Part shown: one piece after another, positions 41,510-52,063 of the stretch | How the letters are laid out: the number at the start of each line of letters is the position of its first letter | How positions within the stretch are numbered: the stretch's first letter is position 1 | Origin: a virus | Taxonomy: Duplodnaviria > Heunggongvirae > Uroviricota > Caudoviricetes | Reading direction: 5' to 3' (one strand) | Virus record (IMG/VR): IMGVR_UViG_3300029850_000274 | Coordinates: 12,794 to 76,793 of that record | DNA: 64,000 nt | The notes under the pieces: model-generated | Databases searched by the model: none | The model's input: only the letters and a program-made list of their open reading frames with translations | What the model was told of the DNA's origin: nothing | Made by a program: the position numbers and the translations under genes

Positions 41510-41583
41510 GTTGTATCCTCCTTTAAAAAGTTTTGTATAACAAAAAAGCCGATTAAACAAAATCGACCTTTCATTATTGATAT

Positions 41584-43194
41584 TTATTTAGAGTCACTTG
41601 GACTTGGGATATTGTTCCCATTATTATTTCTACTTCGAATTGTATTTTCGGTAGGGTTGTCCGTAGTTGGACAACCGCCTTGATCATTTGTATTATTTGA
41701 AGAATTAGTATAGGCGGTCATATGTGGTAAATATTTTTGATATACACCATCTTCGATTTCTTCATCTAATACATTAAAATATGCTTCTGGGTTAATTCCT
41801 GCACTAGCAACAAGATAAGATAAGGAACCGCTTGCTTCTGAATATAATGTTTTGCACATATCAAAGAATGTCTTGCGATTTACAAAAGAAGTAGGGAAGT
41901 AGTAAACTTCCACTGGATTGTTTTGATCTTTAATGACATTTTTGTTAATGACGTAATTTAATTCTTTTTGCCATTCATACACCCATGTATATACTTGGGC
42001 GGTGATCATTTCGAGGTTATTCGCTCCAGCTCCAAAATTACCTGATTCCATTGCACCAAGTAAAGAAGCGCAAATACCTAAATCCAAAGAGATTTGATTG
42101 CTAAGATTTGATTCATTTTTATCATTAAAAATATCTGTAGAAACATCTAAAGAATTGATCTTTGTTCCTGCGGCAACGCTAATGAAACTTAATCCACCTT
42201 TGTTGTTTTTGTTAACTACAGCGGTTTTAACATCATTATGTTGGGCTTCCTGTTGCTTTTTGGTTAAAGCACAAAGTCCTTTTTCTTTCCCTTCTGGGAA
42301 TGTCTGATAGACAACTTTATTGTTCATGTCATCCAAAACATTTCGTTTTGTGTCTGTAAAATAATCTTTATATAGTACATCCTCAAGAGCAGCAATAACC
42401 AATGATCTTCCCCAAGGTTCTGAGTCTTTGCATTTGATTTTTCTACACATTGTTTTATCCGAATTTAATATTAACCAATTGCCGTTTACGCCATTACTTT
42501 TCTTGCGATCGTAATACCCTTTCCTGATTTCTTCTGGATACTTTTTAAGTTTTCTTTCCCGTGTATCGTCTGTGAAATCATCAAAATATCTCAAGTCAAA
42601 ACCAACAACAAATCGCCCATTTTTCTTACCAACAATTTTACAATACTGCCAAGGCAAAGAAATAATAGAGACATTGACACCGATGTCATTTATCTCCATA
42701 ATACGCTCAACATCAAAATCATTCATGTATTTTGTATGATCAATATCGGATGGTCTTACTTTGGTTTCGAAGTAATAAAACGCAATTCCGTCTAACATCT
42801 CGGTATGTAATGCATCTCTAATGAAATGTTTGTCGTCGATTGTCTCAAGGGTAGAGCGCATTAAGCGTTTATTATTTTTTGCCTTGTTGTTATTTTTCTT
42901 TTTTGCTTTCGATTTATTGATTAATATACTATCAAGACATGGCAATGCAACCATATAGTCAACAGAATTTGTAACAACTCCGTTTTTTGTATACACAAAA
43001 TTTGACAATCTAATGGCGGTTTCGTGGTTTTCAATTGGATTTCTTAAAACACTGCGTATTTCTTCTTTATTAAAATAATCATAAACACCACATTGAAAGA
43101 TAGCGTTAAATATATCTGTTGTTGTATATTGATAACTGTTGTATTCATATGTAGTGTCTTGCTTTACATTTTCTTCCATTTTCCCTCCTTCCAT
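41584..43194 (-). CDS. Portal protein
   Basis: ~530 aa directly downstream of the terminase large subunit. Confidence 0.75.
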   Translation of the reverse strand: MEGGKMEENVKQDTTYEYNSYQYTTTDIFNAIFQCGVYDYFNKEEIRSVLRNPIENHETAIRLSNFVYTKNGVVTNSVDYMVALPCLDSILINKSKAKKKNNNKAKNNKRLMRSTLETIDDKHFIRDALHTEMLDGIAFYYFETKVRPSDIDHTKYMNDFDVERIMEINDIGVNVSIISLPWQYCKIVGKKNGRFVVGFDLRYFDDFTDDTRERKLKKYPEEIRKGYYDRKKSNGVNGNWLILNSDKTMCRKIKCKDSEPWGRSLVIAALEDVLYKDYFTDTKRNVLDDMNNKVVYQTFPEGKEKGLCALTKKQQEAQHNDVKTAVVNKNNKGGLSFISVAAGTKINSLDVSTDIFNDKNESNLSNQISLDLGICASLLGAMESGNFGAGANNLEMITAQVYTWVYEWQKELNYVINKNVIKDQNNPVEVYYFPTSFVNRKTFFDMCKTLYSEASGSLSYLVASAGINPEAYFNVLDEEIEDGVYQKYLPHMTAYTNSSNNTNDQGGCPTTDNPTENTIRSRNNNGNNIPSPSDSK

Positions 43195-45044
43195 TAGTTT
43201 ACAAATGTTGCGTATCCGTATTCTTCATCTGTAGTTGCCATATCTAATTCCAACTGGTCTATAAAATATGATCCGTAACTACATGAAGAATATCTATCTT
43301 TTCGGTTATTTCCACGTTCCTTAATTCGGATACCACCTGTGGTTAGTTTTTCATATTGTAATTCTGCACATTCACTAACAAGTGCCTGAGTCTCTAAGAA
43401 TGGTCGCTCAAAGTCAAATACATCATCGACTTCAATAGCCTGTCTGTACTCTTTGTTCTTAGAAAGAATTTCCTCTTTTGCGGTTTCAAAATTAACAAGA
43501 AAATCAATCTTTCCTTCGACCAGATTCTTTCTGAAGTTCATAGCAATATCACTGTTCAGGTTTTGTGTACCATTGATAGCATAGATGCATGGTTTTGCGT
43601 CTGGATCTTGACACAATCTACCGTATTCATCGTTGTTCATACATTTTAATGGGGCGTATTCAACACTGCGATCTTCATCGTATAGAACTTTTTGTAAAGA
43701 ATACAGAATTTGCAAACCTCCGTTACGCACATCAATTACTATATAATCAGCGTTAAAATCTTCATATAACTGACGTATTCTAATTGCCTGTTTCGTTGTA
43801 TCACCTATCTGGTTAGATTCTATATAAGGGAATTGTCTACGATATCCTTGTTCCATTTGCTTATCGCCATACGTCATTGTTTCTGGGATAGCACGAATAC
43901 AAGAATAAACTGAATTGTCGTTCTGAGAACCTGCTACGAATGCAATATCGCCTGCGATAACTCTTACCTCATTGTCACGTTTAGGGATTGCATAGCGGTT
44001 TTTCTTATTGATTTGAACATCCAAATTATTTCTTGGATAAAAGACTTGTTTTGAAATTTGCCGATTCATCAGCATAGAATATGTAAAATATGCAGAATCA
44101 GATTCTTTGATTCTAAGGTTTAAGAACTCTACCTTCCAACTGGTAGGATCTTGCTTTTTCTTTTCTTTGATCAACTGTTGTCTTGTTTTGAATCCATGTT
44201 TTAGGCATATGCTTTCGTCGAATGCTAATAGCATACCCTTCCCATGTTTTAACATTAATTCATAATTCATGTCTACAATTGTCCACATCCAATGTGTAGG
44301 GTCTTGCCAAGATGAGCTAATATAGATATCAACAGGATCTTCTTGCAAGATTTTCGCTAAAACTGGATCATCTTTATATTGTGGAAGCTGTATATAACCT
44401 GGCTGACGTACCATCTGAAATGGAGAAATGACATTATCTTCAATGTTTTTCTTAATCTGTCTAAACTCTTCTCTAATAGCAACATTTGAACGAATACCAC
44501 GGGCGTTATCATTCGCTGTGAACACTTTAATTGTAGATCCACTACGGAATTTAACAACAACGTCTTGTCCATTGGTCTTAACGTATTCAATTTCTGCTCT
44601 TAAAACAGCGGATTTCTCCATTAATTCACCTTGAATTTTTTCAGTAATAATCAATTTACTCTGTCCACGAGTAGCAGAACCAATAACAACTTTTGATCCT
44701 GGATAAAGAATTGCTCTACAACATGCATATAAGGCAATTAAGAATGATTTTGCATCATTACGTGCTGCAACAATACAAATTGAGTTAGAAACACCCATAT
44801 AATATAGTGATAACTGTTGATATGGATATATTGGAATTTCTAAGTAATCTTGCACAAATCTGTGTAAATTTTTCCTAAAAAACGTACACCATGCTAGTGT
44901 ATGCATAACATTTGTTGGATTACTTAAATAATGCGTAGATGGGAATTTTTTATACAATTCCTTTTGATATTCATCGGCAGGAAACTGTTCAATCATTTTA
45001 CTAAGACGTCTGGCAGCAGTCTTTTTACTTACTTGTTTATTCAT
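43194..45044 (-). CDS. terL: Terminase large subunit
   Basis: AARNDAKS Walker A-like, IREEFRQI Walker B, YISS, nuclease GDIA..DNS..KDRYSS. Confidence 0.9.
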   Translation of the reverse strand: MNKQVSKKTAARRLSKMIEQFPADEYQKELYKKFPSTHYLSNPTNVMHTLAWCTFFRKNLHRFVQDYLEIPIYPYQQLSLYYMGVSNSICIVAARNDAKSFLIALYACCRAILYPGSKVVIGSATRGQSKLIITEKIQGELMEKSAVLRAEIEYVKTNGQDVVVKFRSGSTIKVFTANDNARGIRSNVAIREEFRQIKKNIEDNVISPFQMVRQPGYIQLPQYKDDPVLAKILQEDPVDIYISSSWQDPTHWMWTIVDMNYELMLKHGKGMLLAFDESICLKHGFKTRQQLIKEKKKQDPTSWKVEFLNLRIKESDSAYFTYSMLMNRQISKQVFYPRNNLDVQINKKNRYAIPKRDNEVRVIAGDIAFVAGSQNDNSVYSCIRAIPETMTYGDKQMEQGYRRQFPYIESNQIGDTTKQAIRIRQLYEDFNADYIVIDVRNGGLQILYSLQKVLYDEDRSVEYAPLKCMNNDEYGRLCQDPDAKPCIYAINGTQNLNSDIAMNFRKNLVEGKIDFLVNFETAKEEILSKNKEYRQAIEVDDVFDFERPFLETQALVSECAELQYEKLTTGGIRIKERGNNRKDRYSSCSYGSYFIDQLELDMATTDEEYGYATFVN

Positions 45045-46026
45045 CGTCTAAATCCTCATCATCAGGAATAAAATATTCCTTATCTCTATCAGAAGATCCA
45101 TATTGTAAATTTCTTAATGGACGTAACATAAATCTGTCCACATAGTCTGCCAAGTCATCATAGTCTTCATATAATGGTTTATCTTTGTAAAATTCTTCGG
45201 GCGTATATTTTGATATAGTAGCCAATGTTACTCCAAGAGTGGTGTTCTGACTTTCATCTTTTTCTTCGACTGTTTTTAGACCTGCATCGTTGAATGTTTT
45301 AGAATACTGACTGCTAAGGTCGATATATTTCTTTGAATCACCTGCTTGTAAAGCACGTATTTGCAACATATATAAATTACATAATGATTTTACGAAGATT
45401 TCTTGGTTTTGGTCAATGTTTGGATTATTGTCTTTTAGCATATTATAATGTTCATCCAGATTCTTATAATCCGCCTGTGTAAATCCAGCTCCCCATCTCT
45501 TAGTAGCTGAACCAGAAATAGATATGTTATCATCATTTACAGCTTGTTCTGCACTCATAACATGATCATATCCATCTTCATAAAATTTCGTCTTCATTCC
45601 ATCAAGATATGTATTACCAACCTTTGTTGTCTGATGAAGATTACGCTTTGAAAGATATTGTGAAAATGTAATTGGTTGATTTTCAACCTTTGCATTTTTG
45701 TATGCGTCAACATGAAACACTACATCAAATTGCTGACACACATGCTTAATTGCGTGGACTTCATTTCCATTGTAGTAATTAATCAACTTCTGTAGATATA
45801 AGTCCATACAATCATTACAGATATTGATATACCCATCATTACTCTGGTATAAAGGAGAAGGAGATTTAGCGAAATGGTTTCTCTGATTATCCCAACTCTT
45901 ACCACAGCATGTGCATTTATATTTTTTATCTACCCTAGTAGATCGCCTTGGCATCTCAAATTGCACGTCTCTATTAATGTACATTGGGGCTTTTACCAAT
46001 TCTTCTGGCGTTAATTCTCTTGCCAT
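45037..46026 (-). CDS. Zinc-finger protein, probable terminase small subunit
   Basis: CTCCG..CNDC; overlaps terL start. Confidence 0.55.
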   Translation of the reverse strand: MARELTPEELVKAPMYINRDVQFEMPRRSTRVDKKYKCTCCGKSWDNQRNHFAKSPSPLYQSNDGYINICNDCMDLYLQKLINYYNGNEVHAIKHVCQQFDVVFHVDAYKNAKVENQPITFSQYLSKRNLHQTTKVGNTYLDGMKTKFYEDGYDHVMSAEQAVNDDNISISGSATKRWGAGFTQADYKNLDEHYNMLKDNNPNIDQNQEIFVKSLCNLYMLQIRALQAGDSKKYIDLSSQYSKTFNDAGLKTVEEKDESQNTTLGVTLATISKYTPEEFYKDKPLYEDYDDLADYVDRFMLRPLRNLQYGSSDRDKEYFIPDDEDLDDE

Positions 46027-46099
46027 AAGTCCCTCCTTTCCTTATATAATAGAAGAACAGTAGATGATATCATTCACCTACTGCATATAATTCATAATA

Positions 46100-46645
46100 T
46101 TAAAATCTCCAAAGATCCTTTAACAGATATTCGAAAGGCAACATAGTTGGCAAAACTTCAAAATGTTTATCTTCCATAATTTTAGCAACGATATCCAAGT
46201 CAGATACATCTTCTTTGCTGATCGGAATATCATCTTCATCTTCATATCCAAAAAGCCAGATATCAGAATCAGAGTAGAAGTTTAACACAAAATCTACAAT
46301 ATCCTGAGTAACCTCTTCTTGATATAAATAAATGGAAGTTCCCTGTAAAGAATCATTATATTTATCATATAAGAAAACTCTCAGACTTCCATCATCAAAC
46401 ATTTCAAGACAATATGTGGCATCGTCTTTTTCCATATTAATCTTATGTGGAGCATAGTCAAGTTCTGACATTGCAATGGACAATATATAACGAATTGTCT
46501 CAGCGTTTGCAATGATATCTACACAATTATCTCCATCGACCAACTGATCGTTAACTGTAAATAAAAGCTCAATTTGGTCTTCGAAATCTGTAATATTCAA
46601 GTCCTCATACTTGTTATATTTATCTTTATAAGAAATAATAATCAC
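46100..46645 (-). CDS. Hypothetical acidic protein
   Basis: 181-aa ORF; GTG overlaps the RBS, so the true start may be ATT. Confidence 0.55.
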   Translation of the reverse strand: MIIISYKDKYNKYEDLNITDFEDQIELLFTVNDQLVDGDNCVDIIANAETIRYILSIAMSELDYAPHKINMEKDDATYCLEMFDDGSLRVFLYDKYNDSLQGTSIYLYQEEVTQDIVDFVLNFYSDSDIWLFGYEDEDDIPISKEDVSDLDIVAKIMEDKHFEVLPTMLPFEYLLKDLWRF

Positions 46646-46652
46646 TCCAATC

Positions 46653-46949
46653 TTATTTGTTTACTGCATCTTTTAATGAAGCAGAGATTTTGAATTTTGG
46701 AGCTTTCTTAGCAGGAACATTGATTGTTTCACCTGTTCTTGGATTTCTTGCAACATGAGCTGGTTTATCTTCAACAGTAAATGTTCCAAGACCCATTAAG
46801 CGAACACCGTCTCCAGACGCAATAGCATCAACGATGCATTCAACAACTCTATCTAATTCTTCTTTTGCCTCGATCTGAGTTACTTTATGTCCTTCTGTTT
46901 CTGTTTTCTTTGTTGCGATTGATTTTACTAATTCTTTTGTTGTAATCAT
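46653..46949 (-). CDS. hup: HU-family DNA-binding protein
   Basis: GLGTF..ARNPRTGETINVPAKKAPKFK. Confidence 0.92.
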   Translation of the reverse strand: MITTKELVKSIATKKTETEGHKVTQIEAKEELDRVVECIVDAIASGDGVRLMGLGTFTVEDKPAHVARNPRTGETINVPAKKAPKFKISASLKDAVNK

Positions 46950-47130
46950 AGTTCGATTCTCCTTTTTGTAATTAATGTTTTATTTTCGACTAATTTCTAC
47001 GGCTACCCACTTTTGAGCACTCGTAAATCATTTATAGAAGTGGAGCAGAAGAAGTAGTATCCTCTGCTCATAATAGGCAGTCTGTCCGACCTGTTTTGAG
47101 AGATTGATCCTAAAAAAGACTGCCGAAATG

Positions 47131-48351
47131 TTAATTTAATTGCATCTTGAACGATGCTGTATGCCCATCATGTTCTGTGAACTCAAATAGTTTGCAAGCA
47201 CTCTTTGACCCTTTAAAAATACTGTCTGCATAAGGATCGCTACCTACAAAACTTGGGCACACTAAAATTTCCTTATCGCATGTAATACCTTCGCTGAGAG
47301 ATTTTTCAAGCATTCCGTGGTAATGACCAACCAATAAGAAATCAATATCTTCGTTATAGATAGACTCCATATTTTGAATGGCGCTATCGATTCCTCTTAA
47401 AGTATGTCCATGCATTGCAACTATATTAAAGCAAGCGACAGGAATGTGAATACAATCAGATTCCAGATCAAGATGTACTTCAACACGATTATTGTTTGCC
47501 AAACATTCATTGATATAATTTCCAATAATATATTCAAAGTCTTCCGCACATAATTCAGAAGCTCTTGTTCCTATAGGTCGTGTTTGGCTATGGTTGCTTC
47601 GACCTACGCAATAATATTCAATTTCAACATATTTGGATAATTCATTTAAGAAATGTGAAATGATTTTTGAGATATCAACAACTGCCTTAACAACGGCAGA
47701 GTCATTGAGCTTAACGTCAGTAAGACGTAAGATACCTTGAATATCATCACCTAATGTGACGACTTTGAGTTTAGAAATGCCAAGTCTATGTATCAGCACA
47801 ATGGTCTTAGATAATAATTTTTGAAATCTTTCAATGCAAATTTCTGGAGAGTATTCGTTGTTAACACTCTTAAATACTGCATTATAATGAATATCTGCAA
47901 TAGAAAGCACATATCCTTTAGATTTATCTTCAACTCTCAGAGGTTTGAAGTCTGGGTTTGGTAGCATCTGAATTGCTTCAGCCACATATTCATTGAACAA
48001 CTCAAAACGACTTTCTTGGCGAGAAATACGATTTCTCTCTAAATTAACTGTCTGTAATTTCTGTCGTTCCTTACGAATTCTTTCATATAATAACTGATCT
48101 TCAGACTTTTCATCATTACCAGATTTTTGCTTGCTGCGAAAATAAGCATCTCTGAATCTACCACCAAATGGAGTAGAAGAGGACTTGCGAATTGTATCGC
48201 TTGCACATTGTACATGATGTTTTTCTTTAATTTCCTGCCAATCGATATCAACTACACCATCAAGTTTTGAGTCAATATCTGCACAGACAGCTTCATATGT
48301 TTCTGGAGTTAATCCGATTTTTGCTAATTCTTGTTCAAAATTAATACTGAT
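47131..48351 (-). CDS. Calcineurin-like metallophosphoesterase (YonJ-like), ~406 aa with non-canonical start
   Basis: DIH, GDD, SNH, HGH, GHYH motifs; frame open 117 codons upstream of the track start to ATC at 48351 after GGAG. Confidence 0.75.
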   Translation of the reverse strand: MSINFEQELAKIGLTPETYEAVCADIDSKLDGVVDIDWQEIKEKHHVQCASDTIRKSSSTPFGGRFRDAYFRSKQKSGNDEKSEDQLLYERIRKERQKLQTVNLERNRISRQESRFELFNEYVAEAIQMLPNPDFKPLRVEDKSKGYVLSIADIHYNAVFKSVNNEYSPEICIERFQKLLSKTIVLIHRLGISKLKVVTLGDDIQGILRLTDVKLNDSAVVKAVVDISKIISHFLNELSKYVEIEYYCVGRSNHSQTRPIGTRASELCAEDFEYIIGNYINECLANNNRVEVHLDLESDCIHIPVACFNIVAMHGHTLRGIDSAIQNMESIYNEDIDFLLVGHYHGMLEKSLSEGITCDKEILVCPSFVGSDPYADSIFKGSKSACKLFEFTEHDGHTASFKMQLN

Positions 48352-48367
48352 AAATCTTCACTCCAAT

Positions 48368-48580
48368 CTATTCTTCGTCAGAAGGTACGTTTAATTCCAG
48401 ATCTTCATCAGTCTTTTCTTTCATCTGGAATTCACCATATTTTCCATCAAAGTCTTTTAATAAATCTTTGAAAGATACATTTCCTTCTTCTGTTTCAATA
48501 ACTCCTTTTTCAATGTCTACATAACCTGCCGCCTTAACTGTGACAGTAGTAGATTTTTTATAAGATAAAGCTTTTGCCAT
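48368..48580 (-). CDS. YonK-like small protein
   Basis: 70 aa, AAGGAGG RBS, LLKDFDGK, SPbeta-like synteny. Confidence 0.6.
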   Translation of the reverse strand: MAKALSYKKSTTVTVKAAGYVDIEKGVIETEEGNVSFKDLLKDFDGKYGEFQMKEKTDEDLELNVPSDEE

Positions 48581-48702
48581 ATTTATCCTCCTTTAAACTA
48601 ATGTGAATTTTTTTAATTATTTGTGAAATACCTCTACACACTTGATTAAAAATGTGGTATAGTGTAAATAGGGGTAGTTTAAGCATTTTTATGAATAAAA
48701 AA

Positions 48703-49305
48703 TTAAATGATTTCGTCTACAATTCCAAGGCGAAGCATTTCATCTGCATCAAGCCATAATTCCTGACGATATATTTTTTCGTACATTTCTTCATCAATAT
48801 TAGAATGTGAAAGTACATACTGTTTAATTTTCTCTTCGTATTTCTGTGAAAAATTAAATAAATCTCTTACAGCATGAGCTGTTCCGCTAACAGATTCTGA
48901 TCCACTATGAAGTAAACCTACGCTAAATGGATGACATACGGTTTTTACATTTGGATTATTATGTCCTGCCATAGCAATATGTAGCCCCATACTGGCTGCC
49001 ATACTCATAATGTGAATCGTAAGTGGAGTTTTAATCTTTTCAATAACATCAACAAGATTAAATCCTCTATATACATCGCCACCAGGTGAATCAAGAATAA
49101 TTGTAATAGGTTCTCCAGAGCCATCATTATCCATCTCAATAAGTGGCAAAACAGCACTTTCAAGGATAGTATCGCAAATGGCTTCATTCACAATAATTTT
49201 GCGCTGCTGTAAATTTACATAATACTGATAATCTACTACATCTGGCAGTCCACCGCCAAATTGTTTTAGTAAATCTTTAATTGGAAGTTCGAATTCTATA
49301 TTCAA
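48703..49305 (-). CDS. ClpP-like protease
   Basis: DSPGGDV, AASMG, LLH, WLDADE..GIVDEII. Confidence 0.88.
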   Translation of the reverse strand: MNIEFELPIKDLLKQFGGGLPDVVDYQYYVNLQQRKIIVNEAICDTILESAVLPLIEMDNDGSGEPITIILDSPGGDVYRGFNLVDVIEKIKTPLTIHIMSMAASMGLHIAMAGHNNPNVKTVCHPFSVGLLHSGSESVSGTAHAVRDLFNFSQKYEEKIKQYVLSHSNIDEEMYEKIYRQELWLDADEMLRLGIVDEII

Positions 49306-49314
49306 CAGTCCTTT

Positions 49315-50754
49315 CTATAATGAAATTTTCAAACTTGAATTTGCAATAATAACTCGTGTACTTTTGCATTTCTTTTCAAGTTCAGAAGTTAATTTTTCTT
49401 TTAGTGTCAACTTTGCTTTTTCTGATCCGTGATGTAGTACAATTCGATTTGTATTAATGGAAGAGTAGTAGTCAAGAAGCTGATAGAATGGAGCATGTCC
49501 ACTAAGAGATTTGAGTGAGAAACTTGCACATCTGCAAGTATATTGCTTATTATCTATAGAGATAGATTTAACATTTTTGTCTTTAAGTAATGCAGCCAAA
49601 CTTCCTGGGGTACTGAATCCTACAAATAAAACAGTGGCATTAGGATTTGGAACCGCCTTTTTCAAATGGTGTCTAATTCTACCATTATTACACATCCCAG
49701 ATGTAGATAATATTACACATGGTTCATTACTATGCACCAATGCTTTACTAGATTCTGGGTCACGCACAAATACTAAATTATCCCAATTTAATACCTCATC
49801 AAACAATTCTAGTTCATCGCCCGATAAGATTTTTCGATATTCATTGAAAATATCAATCCCTAACGGTGTATCAATATACACTTTATAAGGGAAATTATAA
49901 TCTTTCATGACCTGATAAATCATTGTTGTGAGAAATTGAAGTCTGTGATTTGCGAAAGTTGGTATAATTACCTGTCCATGCATTTCGCATACCTGTTGTG
50001 TGATAATAGAAAATAATTTTTCGATATCATTATTTCTTTCTTTTTGTCCAGTTTTTAAATCTGGGCGATCTCCATAAGTTGATTCTCCAATGACTAAATC
50101 TGCATGATCAACAGGAGTAAACTTATTGACGTAATAATTATGTACTTTAGAATTTCCAATATCTCCTGTAAACAACAAAGTCTTTTCAACATTGTTCTGT
50201 TTGAGATACAATAAAATTTGCACACTACCAAGCAAATGTCCGTTTGGAATGAGCATAAATGACAAAGTATCATCAATAACAATTTTTTCCATCACAGGAT
50301 GCTCAGAAACATAATTCATTGTATGTTCTACATCTTCAATAGTATATAATGGATCATAATTCTTCCCATGCTGATTGTTAATTAATTCTGTATCTCTGTC
50401 AATAATATAAGCAGAATCTTCAAGCATTCGATGCATAATTCCAGAATTGTGGTCTCCTGTGATTATTTTTGCATTACAATTCTCCTTAAAAAGTCTAGGT
50501 AATATGCAAAAATGGTCAGAATGCAAATGCGAAATAAAGATATAATCAATGTCTTTTGGTTTAAATTCTTTGAATCTTCTCTTGTTTACAAGAAAATCAT
50601 CATATTTACTATTTGACTGATGTAAACCAGCATCAATCAAAATGTTGTGAGTATCTGTTTTTACATAAACCATAGAACCAGTAACATCCATGGCAGCAGG
50701 TTCATCTACAAATGATACTCTGATATTGTTTTGTTTTTTCTTCATAGAGAACAC
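49315..50754 (-). CDS. Metallo-beta-lactamase / beta-CASP nuclease
   Basis: VTGS, SHLHSDH, GHLLGS, FTGDIG, ESTYG, SGM..GR, LSGHA, HG. Confidence 0.88.
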   Translation of the reverse strand: MFSMKKKQNNIRVSFVDEPAAMDVTGSMVYVKTDTHNILIDAGLHQSNSKYDDFLVNKRRFKEFKPKDIDYIFISHLHSDHFCILPRLFKENCNAKIITGDHNSGIMHRMLEDSAYIIDRDTELINNQHGKNYDPLYTIEDVEHTMNYVSEHPVMEKIVIDDTLSFMLIPNGHLLGSVQILLYLKQNNVEKTLLFTGDIGNSKVHNYYVNKFTPVDHADLVIGESTYGDRPDLKTGQKERNNDIEKLFSIITQQVCEMHGQVIIPTFANHRLQFLTTMIYQVMKDYNFPYKVYIDTPLGIDIFNEYRKILSGDELELFDEVLNWDNLVFVRDPESSKALVHSNEPCVILSTSGMCNNGRIRHHLKKAVPNPNATVLFVGFSTPGSLAALLKDKNVKSISIDNKQYTCRCASFSLKSLSGHAPFYQLLDYYSSINTNRIVLHHGSEKAKLTLKEKLTSELEKKCKSTRVIIANSSLKISL

Positions 50755-50910
50755 CTATCTTTCTCTATACTTCTTTAGAGCTTTCATTACGCTTCTTTTC
50801 TCACTTGCATAGTAAGTAGGATGTCCAGAATACGTCTGATGAATATCAGATTTGTCTTTGAATCCTTTTGAGCGAAGATAGAAAGCTTCATTTTTGGTGA
50901 TCTTAATTAT
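50755..50910 (-). CDS. 51-aa basic protein with probable ATA start (not in ORF track)
   Basis: GGAGG-8 nt-ATA ATT AAG..; IKITKNEAFYLRSKGF...KKYRER*, stop abuts next gene. Confidence 0.55.
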   Translation of the reverse strand: MIKITKNEAFYLRSKGFKDKSDIHQTYSGHPTYYASEKRSVMKALKKYRER

Positions 50911-50996
50911 AGAAGATCCCTCCATTTCTTAAAATATTTCCAGTGATGCTTGACGCTGCACATGGCAGTCGTCGTACATATTTACTGGATTTGGAA

Positions 50997-51069
50997 AGCT
51001 GCCGATCAGACTTGAACTGATAACCTGTCGCTTACAAGGCGACTGCTCTACCAATTGAGCTACGACAGC
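50997..51069 (-). tRNA. tRNA-Thr (TGT)
   Basis: GCTGTCG/CGGCAGC, loop CTTGTAA, TTCAAGT. Confidence 0.92.
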
Positions 51070-51165
51070 AGAAAGGAGTAGTGGATGAATTAATATCCAC
51101 CCACTAGGTGCTAACAATGAAAAAATCTTTGTTAAAAAAGAACTGACCACCAAACAGCTCTTTGA

Positions 51166-51241
51166 TTGCACAGGTAGGCTTCGAACCTACGCCTCACGAA
51201 CCAAATGGAGCGAGCGAATTAACCAACTTTTCCACTGCGCA
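51166..51241 (-). tRNA. tRNA-like RNA with 12-nt anticodon loop
   Basis: TGCGCAG/CTGTGCA acceptor, GTAGG-TTCGAAG-CCTAC T arm, CTCGC/GTGAG around TCCATTTGGTTC. Confidence 0.55.
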
Positions 51242-51315
51242 ATAATGGTAGGGACATAAATGTCCTTACCTGATAGGAGATAGTTATGTCAATAACCAAA
51301 ATGAAACCTAGAAAA

Positions 51316-51391
51316 TAGCAGAAGGTGGATTTGAACCACCGATCTTCAGGGCATGAACCTGACGAGATAGACCAAACTTCTCCATTCTGCG
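51316..51391 (-). tRNA. Initiator-type tRNA-Met (CAT)
   Basis: C1:U72 mismatch, TCAGG/CCTGA stem, loop TTCATGC. Confidence 0.85.
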
Positions 51392-51392
51392 A

Positions 51393-51467
51393 CAGGGATA
51401 ACTGGATTTGAACCAGTGAAAATACGGCAGTCAAAGTGCCGTGCCTTAACCACTTGGCGATATCCCT
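51393..51467 (-). tRNA. tRNA-Gln (TTG)
   Basis: AGGGATA/TATCCCT, loop CTTTGAC. Confidence 0.9.
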
Positions 51468-51484
51468 ATAAGTATTTTAATTTA

Positions 51485-52050
51485 AGCGGATCTTCATCCT
51501 ACAATCATTAATAAAATAGTTTATTCTGCAACGCAGTTGACGAATCTGAGCTTCGAGGAGCGACCTCTAACTTTTCGCCAAAGTCTAAAAGACCAAAATC
51601 TGCGACATGATCAATACATGCAACGTCAACCCACCGTTCAGAATTAAGTTTTGTTATCATATACTCTATTGGCATACATTCTTCTTTATACTTGCACTGA
51701 CTTGAGCGACGTACCGACGACTTTTCTTATACGCTGTCTTTTAAACAGTTTCACATCAAACTGACTTATTTGGCTTTCTACCTTCTACATAGCTGCCACA
51801 CTATGCATTGAAGTAGATTATTCCCCACAGGGGCGTCTATTGCGTCAGCGAAAAGTTTCGTGCATTAACCAGATTATAATGTTGCACAGCACCCACTTAC
51901 TTGAGAATTTTCCTCTCGTTCATAATAAATCACTTCATTATAAAAAGAAGTACAAGAAACGTATCCGTCAAATGTACTTCTCTAATTTGCCGTCTGTGGC
52001 TAGAGTGCTTCTCGGACGCATGGCATTGCGTTTTATAACCGAGGTGCTTA
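51485..52050 (-). ncRNA. Large structured ncRNA, ROOL-like (boundaries approximate)
   Basis: ~570-nt gap between tRNAs without a credible ORF; long-range helix 51524-51542 with 51624-51643; recalled ROOL-like motifs GCGAAAAG..AGGTCGCTCCT..GCTCAGA. Confidence 0.5.
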
Positions 52051-52063
52051 ATTAAAAATACAA

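Noticed and set aside
48039..48251. 70-aa ORF upstream of the phosphoesterase
   Set aside because: Alternate frame within the extended phosphoesterase N-terminus
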